In this document: positions 26,677-39,379 of the stretch, piece after piece
Numbering within the stretch: position 1 is the stretch's first letter
Layout: every line of letters begins with the position of its first letter
Assembly: GCA_963514005.1 (NCBI GenBank)
Contig: OY740803.1
Coordinates: 29,698,001-29,762,000 of the forward strand
Reading direction: 5' to 3'
DNA from: Raja brachyura
Lineage: Eukaryota
DNA: 64,000 bases
Position numbers and translations under genes: made by a program
The notes under the pieces: generated by a model
Seen by the model: the letters and a program-made list of their open reading frames with translations, nothing else
Database searches by the model: none
Told to the model about the DNA's origin: nothing

Positions 26677-29600
26677 TGTGATTCAAAAGATCTTGATGTT
26701 TATTGCTACTAGTTTTTCTTCATGTGCTAAAGTAAGTATCTGCTCTTCTCAATCTAAGGGAGTTCCTTAGCTTTGAGAATGAGCGGTTTCTATTCCAGTT
26801 CTCATTGCATCATATAGCATGGGAACAGGCCCTTCAAGCCAACTGAATCAAGATCAAGTCTAGAGTTGCTGCCTGTCCCGCTGAGTTACTCCAGCATTTT
26901 GTGCCCAACCATCAAGAAACCATTTTATTGTTCGCACATTCTCATCAACTCTCCCCAGACTCTATCGCTCACCTACACACCAGGTGCAATTTGCAGCAGC
27001 CAATTAACCTATCATGAGAGAGGAAGCAGGAGCACCCGGAGGCAACTCAGACAGCACCCAATGTCAGGATTGGATCTGGGTCACTGAGGTTGTGAGGCAG
27101 TGGCTCCACCAGCTGGATGGGATAGACAGCCGCAAGGGTAGCAGTGGTCAGAATACCAATGTCGTCATCCTGAGAGTGGGGGACTGATTCATCCTCTGTG
27201 GAACTGCTGTCATTGTTCATTAGTCAGACTAGTGACCTGTTGGTGGACAGACTGCTGCAGGGGTTGTGGTCACCACGAACCCCAGTGGCCGGAGCTCACC
27301 ACTGCTTCCACCAAAGACATGTCTTGGGTAGTTGACTGCCTCTGCTGCTACATAAACAGGGAGCACAGCTGACAAAATTTTGAACTTAAGGTTATCTTCT
27401 TGGTAGATTACCCAAATTTGGGGTCACATTACTGAACTACAGAGCCCAGAACGTCACAATCAAGGAATCATTTGAAGGACTTTACTCTTTATTTTATAGA
27501 ATGGATCTTTGAAAGAGTCCTTGCTTTATATTGACTTTGGAGTGAATTACCATCCAATAATTGGCATTTTCTGAGTCGAGGATATCGAAGGACCTGTCCT
27601 CTTAATGACTTAAATGAGCAGAAAGCAAAAACTTCAAATCACCAGCTTGTCTTGAGGGATTTCTATGAACTCTGTTTGACTTTTGCTGTTTGTACACCTC
27701 AACCAGACAACACCGTAGATTCCTATGAACATATGTGAAAGGCTGGCAATGTCTGGGTGCAGTAATCTGTCCGTCTGTGTTTGCGCATGGGTGTGTGCTA
27801 TGCATGTGTATTGGAGGGGTGATGCAGCATCCCTAATGTTGAATAGTAAGTGGCAGGGTTTAGCTATCTATAAATGTGAGTGTGAGGCGTTGTCTGTGGG
27901 TTGGAGTGTGTGAGATGGGGGTATTATTGGTTTAGTATTGTCATGTGCACTGGGATACAGTGATATATTTTGTTTTGTGCTTTACTCAGGCAACCCGTTC
28001 CGTACATGAGTACATCAGATAGTGAAAAAGAGAAAAAATAGTGTATACTAGGATATAATGTTACCATCAGTCTGAAATTATTATGGGAAGAAACTGCAGA
28101 TGCTGGCTTACACCGAAGATAGACACAAAATGCTGGAGTAACTCAGCGGGACAGGCAGCATCTCTGGAGAGAAGGAACTCAGGAAACTGAGTTGCTCCAG
28201 CATTTTGTGTCTGAAACTATTGTACATTTGTTCAAGTTCTCACCTAGATAATATGTGAAGTTACAATTCCTCTTTCAAACTGAAAACGGAAAGCACCGGA
28301 AGCACTCTGCAGATCAGGCAGCATCTGTGGAAAGAGAAATAAAGTTGATCTTTCAGATTTCAGGCCAAAGGGCCAAATGAATTTCGGTCACTCCTGCACA
28401 TAGAGATGACCTCTTGTCAGCAAATTGCATCCTTTAAATGTACAGGTTGTGCTGAGGTTGGGGCACTCTCCCTAACCGCTCCTCTCACACCGTCCCTTCA
28501 GCCATTGCACGTGGCTTCTACAGAAGGGCTGGTGTTGCCAGCTGAGTAAAATTGATTGGAATTGACAGCTGCTTATGAGGAAATGCTCTGCTACAAAAAT
28601 ACAGCTGCACTGATGTGTCAGGGTTGCAATAGAGTACGATCCAAATGCTCCATCATAAATCAGCGGTAAACTGTGCAACAATGCTTTATCTCCAAGGAGG
28701 TTGTGAATCTCTAGGTTTTGCTTTTTAATTGAATTACTGTCAACCACAGCAACATTGAATTCTCCTTGGGGGCAGTCTGCCCAGTAAATTGTTGCTGGGG
28801 TCCTGATGCTCCTGGGTGTTTGCCATCTCTTCATCAGCCTGAACCTCAAGCAAGAGAGGCTTAACCTTCGTAGGTGTTAAAGCAGAGAAATAGACCATTT
28901 GGCTCATGTAGTACATGCTAACTCCCAGCAAAGCAATCCATCAGTTCGCTGTCACCTACAACTTCTTCAAGAATCTTATGAGAATAATACAGCAGACTGA
29001 TTAGATGGGGTTTTTTTTGCATCCGTCCCATTTCCCTTCCTGTAACACTGTCACCTACAGCATTTTGTTTGTTCTTTTTTTGTGCCATTTACACCTGACG
29101 GAATTCACAGTGGCCAGTTAATATTTGAGATGTGGGAGGAAACTGGGATACCCTGAGGTCACAGAGAGAATGCACAAACTCTGCAAGAAAAGCAGCACAT
29201 GTCACCGTGCTATCCTTTATTAGATTAATCTTCTCACCTGTCCAATGATGGAAAGGTCCCATCAAGAGTGGGCACAAGCACCTGACCCGTGACCATTTGC
29301 CAGGCGAGAGGGAAACTGATCTTATCACAATCATCACAGCAATCATACTCTCGAGAAAAATTTCCACTGAACTGTCCTGGGAACTGTCCTTCTATTGCTC
29401 CTCATTGCTAAAGATCATCTCAGTGGCGTATGAAGAGCAAAACCATTCAAGGAGCACACACGTCTGTTTTTCAATATTTGATTGGTTGACTGTTGAACCC
29501 AAAAGATCTCTCCCCAGTTTGTTAACAAATCCACGAAAGCAAAGCAATTTTTGTTTTGGTTGAATGAACCCTAACCACGATAATAGGCAATGACAAGTCA

Positions 29601-30182
29601 GTGTGAGCTTTCCCACTGGCTTTACATTCCATTTCCACAAGAAAATGAGGGTTTGTTTAATTTAGCTTGTCCCCCAATGGCTGATGGTCCCTCAGCATTA
29701 ACTCCATATAATTGTGACCTCAGGTAAGACGATGGCTGATTGATAAAAATAATATGCCGTAATACATTCCACATATAGACTGTTTTCCTCGATGTAAAAA
29801 CTTCACGAGAATGATGCTGCGGACTGACTATGTTCTGTTTTCATATTTGTACTATATAAAAATCATATATTTGTATTCTTAATTCTGGTCTAGATTAAAG
29901 GATGTGTGAATCCAGGTGGAGAAGTTTGCCTTCATGGAGTGATACCAAACTGATTTGATTTTCAGTCTTATCATTGTGATGTTATTCTGCTGGGAGGAAC
30001 AGAGACTATGATTGTGTAGTGAGTCATTCTAACACTGTAGTGTCATCTTCATGAGTTACCTTTAACTTTGACCCGAGCATTTGATTGAATATTTATGGAC
30101 ACAAAAAACCAACAGCAAAACCCACTGTGTGATTAATGGTACAAAAGCAAGATAGGCTTGTGATTAAACAAGGCCTCTGGAA

Positions 30183-30281
30183 CAGTCTGAAGAAGGGTCT
30201 CGTCCCGAAACGTCACCTATTCCTACTCTCCAGAGATGCTGCCTGTCCCGCTGAGTTACTCCAGCATTTTGTGTCTACCTC
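30183..30281 (+). mobile_element. Penelope-like short repeat with hammerhead core
   Basis: cagtCTGAAGAagggtctcgtcccGAAACGTCacc followed by the family body. Confidence 0.7.
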
Positions 30282-32388
30282 CGGTGCAGAGGATGGCATC
30301 CTCACTCCAGTTAGTAAAATCCAGGCCAGGTCCAATGGAGTACTGAGGAAGTGCTACACTGTCATTCAGAAGCTGTACAGTACTGTCAGTTCTGAGACCT
30401 GAGTGCTGCACTGCCACATAGACAATTCTAAAGGAGTGCTGCACTCTCAGATGGGCATTTCAGAGGGAGGGCACTGTCAGGGGTGCAGTGCTGAAATACT
30501 GCTCACTGTCAGATATATAGGAAGTGCTGCATTGTTGGAGATGCAAATTTGAGCAAGAACTGCATTGCTATAAGTGCAGACCAGTTCAATGGTGCTTTAT
30601 TGTCACTGACCAAAAAGCAGCATTTATTGCCCATCCCTAATTTCACTTGAGAAGGAGCTAGTTAGTTACCTTCTTGAATCACTGCAGCCTGTCTGGTGAA
30701 TGTTCTCCCACAGGGCGGTGGGGATGAGAGTTCCAATGTTTTCACCCAATGATGGTGAAAGTACAGTTATATTTCTGAGCATTGCGTTGTGTGTATACCT
30801 TGGAGGGGAACCTGCAGGTGGTGGTGTTGCCATACACCCATTGCCCTTGTACTGCCTGATAGTAGAAGTCATGAGTTTGGGAGGTGCTACTTGAATGGCA
30901 TAATGCAACCAAATGCAATGTAGGCACAAGCAACTGCAGATGCTGGAGCAAGACACAAAGTGTTGGAGGAACTTAGCGAGTCCAACTTAGCTGTGGAGGG
31001 AATGGACAGATGATGTTTCGGGTCGGGCCTAAAGAAAGGTCCCAATCTGAAACATCGCCTGTCATTCCCTCCACATGTGCTGCCCGACCCGCTGAGTTCC
31101 TCCAACACTTTGTGTAAATGCAGTGTATTTTGAAAAAACAATTACTCCAGCCAAAGTTAAAAACAATGCAGCCAGAAAAGTACACTTGGCAGCAATTTGT
31201 TCTGTCAAACAGAAGTCCTTTTTCCCCTTTGCTTCAAATAGACAGTCGTGCTGCTTAAGCCAAACATTCCAGTGTTCTACTTGTTCTGTCGTGTGTCCTC
31301 ATTTGACCCTTCCCCCCCCCCCCCCCCCCAGCCAGCCATCCATCAGATGCATCATTATGTAAGAAGAAAATACATTATGTAGTGGATCCCCTGTAACTAC
31401 TCGCCACGAATCAGAGCATTCACTGCTGCATTATAAAATGAGAGTTATGTCATTGGGGCATATCATTACGGGCCATTGATTTACTGTAGTTGAATAAATC
31501 AAATAGCATTTGATGAAAGCTAGTCTGCTTTGAGTAGTAAATTCCATAAGTATCTCATTCTGTGAGTGCAATACATTTTTACCTATTCTTTAGCAAATTA
31601 TTTATATTTATTTTTTCTCTCGTTGCTCTTTTCAACTTCAAGAATACTTAGCCAATTGAATGCCAGGTAAACTCAAAGACATGGAAATGAGAGAGAAGTG
31701 GTTTTAGAATTGAAGTGATTTAGAATTGAGTAAAGCTCAGAGGACAAATTTCTGGAGTAATTCATCAAGCCGGACAGCATCTCTGAATGTTTTAGATCAG
31801 GACCCTTCTTCAGACTGGACTCAGACGCAGTCTGAAGAAAGGACCCAACCCTAAATGTCATCTATCCATGTACTCCAGAGATGCTGCTTATTGTGCCGAG
31901 TTACTCCAGCACATTGTGTTCAATGCAAGATGAAAGCATCCGCAATTCCCAGTGTCTCGATGGTAAAGCTCAATTGATTTGTAGATATGAAATATTGGGA
32001 GATTCCCAGCATGTGACGGCAATGGGATTCCAAAACTTTTTCGGAATTCTTTAATTAGGTTTCTTTAGGCTTCTTTAAAAATATTTGCAAATAGTTACTT
32101 CAGCAGTTAATTCTTTTTCTCCCTCTCACATCCACTCAGTCTTGATCCTCTCTTTTTATCTTCTCACAAATAAATATTCACCAATTAGAATATTTGCATT
32201 TTTTTTAATTACCAACAGCACAAAAGTGACATCAATCAGATTTTTTCTATTTGAGAAACCTTCTAAATTCAACCCAACTTGCTTCTTTTGCAAGGTTAAA
32301 GAAAAGTGCAATTAAAGTCAGGAAAGACATTCATTTTTCTATCTCTCTTGATGTTTTTTCTAAAATAAAAATAACTCTTACTTAAACA

Positions 32389-33551
32389 TCTATATTACTA
32401 AAAGTTTGATCTTGACCACTTCCTGTTGTTCTGCAGATTGATTTTAGAAAAAACGCTGCCACTTACGGCTGTGATTTTTGGCCATCTCACTCAGAGCCCC
32501 CCTCCGTTGTGCAGGACAAGAGGATTTTTTCCATCAATTAAAAATAAAAGAGTTATTAGTGTTTTTAAAATGTTGAGATTCTCTCTTCTGAAGGCCACGT
32601 CCCTTCCGGAGGGACTATAAAACCCAGAAGTGTTGAGTGCCTCAGTCAGTCTCTACAAGATGGGGGGAGCGAAAGGGTCATGTGTCTCAGTCTGATCTGT
32701 GAATAACACGGAACACATGTCTACTAAACTGTGAGTGTGACCTTGAGTGCCCTTAATGTGATTTGAAAATGAAAATGTGGTTGGTTTGAAGTGAAGCACT
32801 GCAAATGGCTGTTGGTGATGGTTGGTTTGAAGTGAAGCACTGCAAATGGCTGTTGGTGGTGGAAATTTGGTAGCCTTGCACCCTGCTTGAAGTGGCATGA
32901 AATTGCACTTGAATTTGGTAGCCTTGTACCCTGCTTGAAGTGGCATGAAATTGCACTTGAGTTTGGTGGCCTTGCACCCTGTTTGAAGTGGTAGGAAACT
33001 GCACTTGAATTTGGTGGCCTTGCACCCTGCTTGAAGTGGTATGAAACTGCACTTGAACTTGGTGGCCTTGCACCCTGCTTGAAGTGGTATGAAAATGCAC
33101 TTGAGTTTTGTGGACTTGCACCCTGCTTGAAGTGGTATGAAACCGCACTTGAATTTGGTGGCCTTGTACCCTGCTTGAAGTGGTGTGGAACTGCACTTGA
33201 ATTGGGTGGCCTTGCACCCTGCTTGAAATAGTATGAAACTGCATTTGAATTTGGTGGCCTTGCACCCTGCTTGAAATGGAATTTCAAGGAATAGACGTGA
33301 GTCAACTGCCAGCCCACCAGCCGCGCGTGCGCTGCCAGCACATCAAGCTTAAGTGACTGAGCTGCCACCCTCCATTTGGCCCACATTGTCCATACTAACC
33401 CTCTGGAAACCAGTCCCTTCAGCCCACAACACCCATATCAGCGCTCCAGAAAGCCCCCTCCCCCCACTGGCCACCAATATTGGAATTGGTGGAGAGGTGG
33501 AATATTGCGTTGGGGGACCAGCCCTCCCGTGTGAACATGGACTTAGTCTAG
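32389..33551 (+). mobile_element. Non-autonomous Helitron
   Basis: Starts A|TCTATATTACTAAAAG and ends CTAG|T (insertion between A and T, no TSD); 8-bp hairpin CCACCAAT/ATTGGTGG at ~33471-33492; internal minisatellite. Confidence 0.72.
32864..33285. repeat. 48-bp minisatellite, ~9 copies, preceded by a 41-bp duplication (32778-32860)
   Basis: Unit tttggtggccttgcaccctgcttgaagtggtatgaaactgcacttgaa; ccctg recurs at 32881, 32929, 32977 ... 33265. Confidence 0.95.
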
Positions 33552-34799
33552 TTTAATTCTAAACCTAGTTCTATTTATCATTCCCTTTGTATTCAAAACA
33601 AGCTCAAAACCATAAAAGTCTGAATGTGTTACAATTAATTTCCACTGTACGCTGTTCAAAAAATAATTGTTATCCCAATTACTACACAGCCCATATCTGT
33701 AGCCAAAGGACCACATGCAACCTGACCTTTGGCCCTTGTAGCACCGACAATACAATATTATGGGCATTAGTGTTCTTTGAACTCTGTTACCTTATTTGTA
33801 TTTATTGAACATGGGGGGTTTAGAAGTGGCTGTTTTGAGCATCATTGCCTCAGGATAACCAAAATTAAACCAGCAATATTATTTAGTGTTGCACTGGAAG
33901 TGTAAGTTAATTAACAGAAAGATACAAAATATATATTTTATTTCTTAGGCTGCATGATACAAACAGTATGGTCTGTTAAGGTAAAGACCTTGTAATTCCT
34001 GGTCTGGATCGGTTAAGTTACAAATCCTTAATGAACATGTTTCAAACTGATTCCCCAGTTCTCCTCGCAGTTTATTTTAAACAGAGTCCACATAACATCT
34101 AGGTTTTCTGCATTTGCTGATAAGTTAAAAAAAAACAGAAATATTTGCAATAGATCTTAATGAACTGTGTGCATCATTGAACACATAATTCTGAATTCTG
34201 CCTTTTCAAGTATGTATTCAATTCCTTTTTAGAAATTATTTTAAAATCTACTTTCATTACCCTTTAAGGCAGTGCATCTCAGATTATAACAACTGTTGTG
34301 TATTTTTACTAGAAATAGCATCATCTCCCCCTGGGTCTTTTGGCAATTATTGTAAATCTGTGTCCTCTGGTCTTCAACCCACCCACCAGTGGAAACAATT
34401 TTGTCCTATCTGCTCTCTCCAAGCCCTAGAGAATTTGTAATGCCTCTATTAAATCTACTAGATTTATTATTTAACACTATCTCCTAATATCTCCTACCCC
34501 CAGTTGTGTTAAGATGGGACTGCAAGAACTAAGGTACTAATAATAAAATGTTGTCCTTACGTCATATGTTATGATGTTTTCAAATATTGTTAAATCCAAT
34601 AGGAAAGGTGGGTGTGGAGTGAATTTTTCATCCTTTGGATGCTGAGGAAGCAGAACAGATTGCCGACCCATTTTCCTTGCAGTTTTTAATATAACTGTTG
34701 ATACAGAGTTCAATAATGAGAGCAGCTGGATTTATTCAACAATGTCTTTGACTATTTCCTACCTCTGGAATTGCAAGAAAGAATGTCCTAACATGTATA

Positions 34800-36050
34800 T
34801 CGTCAAGCCCTCATACAATTTTGGATGTTTCCATAAGATAACATAGCCAATACCAATTTGTTCACCTTTCCTCATAAGAAATTCCTCAATACTTCGGATC
34901 AATTTTCTCAGAAATGCCTCCAATAATAACATATATTTCATTAAATTTTGGGGTCTAAACTATTCACAGCATGCTGGATATGGTCTCACCAGTGCCCTGC
35001 TTTAATTATTCAAACCCTTTGCCATAAACCCCAGCATTCCATTAGCCTTCCCATTACCTGCTGTAACAGTTCTCTTGTTTTCTGGATTCATGTTCAAAGA
35101 TGCCAAATGCCCTTGCACTGTTGTTTTCCCAAGCCTTTTCCCATTTAAATACTAATAGATTTTTATCCTGCTTCCTCTCAGAGTGAACAGTGTCATATTT
35201 ACTCTTATAGACTCAATTTGCCAACATTTTGCTCACTCACTTAATGTATCAATATCTCTCTGTAAACTGTTTGTATCCTCTTCACAGTTTGCCTTGCAGC
35301 CTACTTTTGTATCTTCCCTATACTGCCTACGAACATTAGCTCCTGCCTCCAATCCAGTATTGTAAACAGCTGCTGTGCCAACAATTATTTTCTTGGTACC
35401 TCATTAATTAGTTTTCAAGGCAGCACGGTAGCACAATGGTAGAGTTGCTGCCTTACAGCACCTGAAACCCGGGTTCGATCCTGACTACGGGTGCTGTCTG
35501 TATGGAGTATGTACGTTCTTCCCGTGACCTGCCTGTGTTTTCTCTGTGCGCTTCGGTTTCCTCGCACATTCCTAAGACGTACAGGTTTGTAGATCAATTG
35601 GCTTCGGTAAAATTATAAATTGTCCATAATGTGTGTAGGATAATGTTAGTGTGTGCGATCGCAGGTCAGCACAGAATCGGTGGGCCGAACGGTCTGTTTC
35701 CGCACTGTATCTCCAAACTGAACTAAACAGATAATGGGCTCTCACCTTTGACAAGTTCTGCAAAGATGTGATGAACAGGGTGGATGCAAAGTAACTAGTA
35801 AATGTAGTGTATTTGGATTTTCAAAAGGCATTCAATCAAGTGCCACGAAAGAGGTTATTGAGCACGTTAAGAATTCATGGCATGAATAAGGGCAATATAT
35901 CAGCAGTGATTAATAGTAAACAATGTGGGGACCAAAGGACCATTTATCCATTGGCAAGCTGTAAGTAGTACCACAGGCATCAGTGCTGGGCCTCAATTAT
36001 TTACAATCTATGTTAATGACTTGGCTGTACGGACTGAGTATATTGTGGCC
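34800..36050. mobile_element. Old CR1 RT remnants (minus-strand piece ~34800-35400, plus-strand piece ~35745-36050) with a SINE between them
   Basis: The plus piece reads VVYLDFQKAF and GPQLFTIYVNDL; the minus piece resembles the reverse complement of the 15.5-17.6 kb CR1. Confidence 0.7.
35419..35727 (+). mobile_element. Full-length tRNA-derived V-domain SINE (HE1-like)
   Basis: A box TAGCACAATGG (35429), B box GGTTCGATCC (35472), V-domain, CR1-like tail gggccgaacggtctgtttccgcactgtatctccaaactgaactaaa. Confidence 0.9.
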
Positions 36051-38259
36051 AGATGCAGTGCTAGTTTCAGCAACCTGGACTTATTATTGATGGGTAAAGC
36101 AGATGATGCTTATATATTTGCAAGTTTTTAATACCTTGGATACAGTCTATATGCATTTTGCACAGCCCCTCTATGAACGTAATGGTTTCCTTTGGGTGCT
36201 CCAGTTTCTTTCAATATCTCAAAGGTGTGCTGGAAGGTTAGTTACCTCCTGTAAATCGTCACCAGGTCATAGGAGAATTGGGGGAAGTTGATGTGCATGT
36301 GAGAGAGAACAAATTGGAGGGAAATAAGAAAGATGAGATCAGGAGGAGGCCTTTTGATCCCTCAACCCTCGTATCCCATTCAGTTAGAACAAACATTTTG
36401 ATTCCATTTACTCAGCCTGCTCAATACCATTAACCAACCCTATGTTAGACTAAACCTTTACAAATTACCACGAGTTTATCAGGGATGCCAAGGGACAGCA
36501 GAATGTACAGATGGGTTTCACCAGGATGTGTCTCAGTAGCCTGCAAACATACTCGGAAACAGTCTTTCCATCAGATTGTCACTTTTCCCCCTCCACACCA
36601 TGCATTGTGTGAGAAGAAAGCTTTCTGGGGGAAATCATCACCTTTAAATCCTACACTGCACCACCACCACCTCTCCCCTTAACCAAGCTTTGAATACCTC
36701 TTCTGAACTACAGGAGCTGCATGTCCTGATGTTTCACTTGCAAGTATCACTCAGGAAACGTTTTGAAAACAAATCGTTTCATGGATGAATTAATTTCCTT
36801 TTCAGGAACTTCCTGCAACTTATTTTACATCCAATTCTCATAACTTTCCACTTGACCTAAAAGTAGAAATTGCTGGGAACATTACACGTGTCGGACAAAG
36901 TTGGTGGAAAGGGAACCAGTTAATGTGTCCGGGTCCAGGATCCTTCTCAGCACTGATCTCTATCCACAGATGTAATTAGGTACATGCCCAGAGCTGGGAG
37001 AAAGTCAGATACTCTGATGTGGATAAACATGGTCATAGTGAAATGCTTCAAATATACCTCAGATCCACATCAAACATGGCAACTGGGAGCACAGTGGTTG
37101 TGAGGAAACATTTTGATTGAAGATTGCCATCTTTGTATTCCATAATAAGGGACAGGTTATACCCGGTGGGACAGAAGAACCCGGCGTGAAGGACAGCATG
37201 GGATGCTGCGTAACTTTGTCGGTACCCTTTATGTGCTGACTCTGCATACCTAGGGTCAGCAAAGCAAAGAATATCACTGTGTTTTGTCACATGTGACAAT
37301 AAAGCATCATTCATTCAGTTTGTGGTCAAGGTCACACAAGCTCCACAGTGCAGCAGAAAGCTTTGGGAGCAACAGATGTTCATTTGAGCAAACAGTGTCT
37401 GGCCACTATGGGTTTTATGATATTACCTTAAATAAGTGAAAGAGAAGATAAACTACAGGATATGACAGTGTTCCTGAAATCTGGCTATGTTTTAAAGAAC
37501 TCCAAAAGAAAATAAACCAATAGCTTGCTATTCACACATTTCTCTCAAAAAGCAAATATTATGGGCTCCCTTAAGTTAAGAAGCTGGGCACATTTCCTCC
37601 CTGCCATCCTCAATTATCCCCATTCTTTTTCACACACAATTCTTTCATAGAAGCTAATTCATCAGCCTAAGCTTACCAAGTGGTCTCCTGCTTTTAAGTT
37701 TGAGAGCCTTGAGGGATTTCTCCAGAATGAAAAGTACGGTCGATAAATAGTGTGTTATGAAAGCATAATGGGGGTGTCTCTTAGCTTCCCTTTGAAAATT
37801 AATTCGGCCATAAAATATGTCCTCTTCCAAATTGCTGCCTAATGCAAAATGAACAGGGCAGTAAAAATGTGCATTGAAGCTCTTAGTGTTTAACTGCAAG
37901 TCTCTGGTGAGCTTTGATTAACAGTTAAAGTAAATCAGAAATGACAACCTACAACTACCCCACTGGCTTGAATCTGCACTGTACCACAGACTCTGCAGAC
38001 ACCATTTGGTTTGGCAGTAAACCACACAGATGAGTTGGTTGTGGGTTTATCACGTCATCTGTGCTGAACTAGCTGAACTTAGCAAAGGTAATAGTCTAGG
38101 AACAAAATGGGCAGCTCCTTGTAAATGGGCAAGGTGATTTTACAGGCATTAATGATCCTTTGGTGTTGGAAAATGTGGTTTGGCCTACATCGAGGATAAG
38201 AAGTAATCTTAGTGTAGAGTTGATGATCACACTGGAATGCCACCCAACTAAGCTTCATT

Positions 38260-38992
38260 AAACAGTATACAGTTAATGGCAAGACCCTTAACAGAATGAA
38301 TACCTGGAGGGATCTTGGAGACAAATTCACAGCTCACTGAAGGTGGCAGCACAAGTAGATAGTGTGGTAAGGAAGGTGTATGGGATGCTTGCCTTCATTG
38401 CTAAGGGCATTGAATATACAAGTCAGAACATCATTTTGAAACTCAATAGGACTTTGGTTAGGGTGCATTTGGAGTATTGCATGCAGTTCTGTTCGCCCCA
38501 TTACAGGAAATATGTAGATTCTTTGGAGAATATGCAGAGGAGGTTTACCAGAATGCTACATCAGAGATGTTAGATAGACTTGGATTGTTTTCTCTGGAGC
38601 GTCGGAAGTTGAGGGAAGACTTGATAGAAGTATATACAATTTTGAGAGACATAGATAGGAAAGACAGTCAGAACCTTTTTCCCAGAGTGGAAATATTCAA
38701 CATTAGAGGGCATAGTCACACGATGAGAGGGGGAAAGGTTTAATGGAGATGTACGGGGCATGTTGTTTTTACACAGAGAGTGGTGGGGGCCTGCAACGCA
38801 TTGCCAAGGGTGGTGGTGGAGGCAGATACAATAGTAACATCAAAGAGACTTTTAGATAGAGGCATAGAAATGTATGGAATAGAGGGATATGGATCATGTA
38901 CAGGCAGATGGGATCAGTTTAACTTGGCATTGCACAAACATTGTGGGCCAAAGGGTTCATTCATTGCTGTGCTGTACTGGTCCATGTTCTAT
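38260..38992 (+). mobile_element. CR1 LINE 3' fragment
   Basis: ORFs 38343-38573 (YGMLAFI...LVRVHLEYCMQFCSPH) and 38477-38743 (LGLFSLERRKLREDLIEVY...RGH). Confidence 0.9.
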
Positions 38993-39061
38993 GAACAGCA
39001 TACTTCCACCATTTTATCTATAATGCTACAAGAGCTGCAAAGAGCTCCACTGAAACACTCA

Positions 39062-39379
39062 TGGCCCGGTCCCACTGTACGAGTTCATTCAAATGCTCTC
39101 CCGAGTTTAAAAAAAATCAAACTCCTGGTAAGCATGTGAAATGAACGTAGCGGGTACGTCGGAGCTCGGGGACATCACTTAGCGGCTCGTAACACTAACG
39201 GCAGGTACTCGGGAAACGCGGTAAGCTGGGGAAGACTCATGAAGATTTTTCAACATGTTGAAAAATGTCCACGAGAGCCCCGAGTACCGGCAAGCGGCCA
39301 TTACCGTAAATCTCCGAGTTCGAATCAGGGCAAACTTGGGATAACTCTTTGAATTAACTTGTACAGTGGGACAAGGCTG
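39062..39379. mobile_element. PIF/Harbinger-like MITE, largely palindromic
   Basis: TIRs GTCCCACTGTACGAGTTCATTCAA ... TTGAATTAACTTGTACAGTGGGAC; central palindrome atttttcaacatgttgaaaaat. Confidence 0.8.

Noticed and set aside
32864-33285. CRISPR-like appearance of the array
   Set aside because: Contiguous units with no unique spacers, no cas genes, eukaryotic context.
32724-33386. 220-aa and 170-aa repetitive ORFs
   Set aside because: They arise because the 48-bp unit is a multiple of 3 and lacks stops; no splice signals or protein-family similarity.
35419-35490. tRNA gene
   Set aside because: A/B boxes continue into a V-domain and LINE-like tail with no complete cloverleaf: a SINE head.
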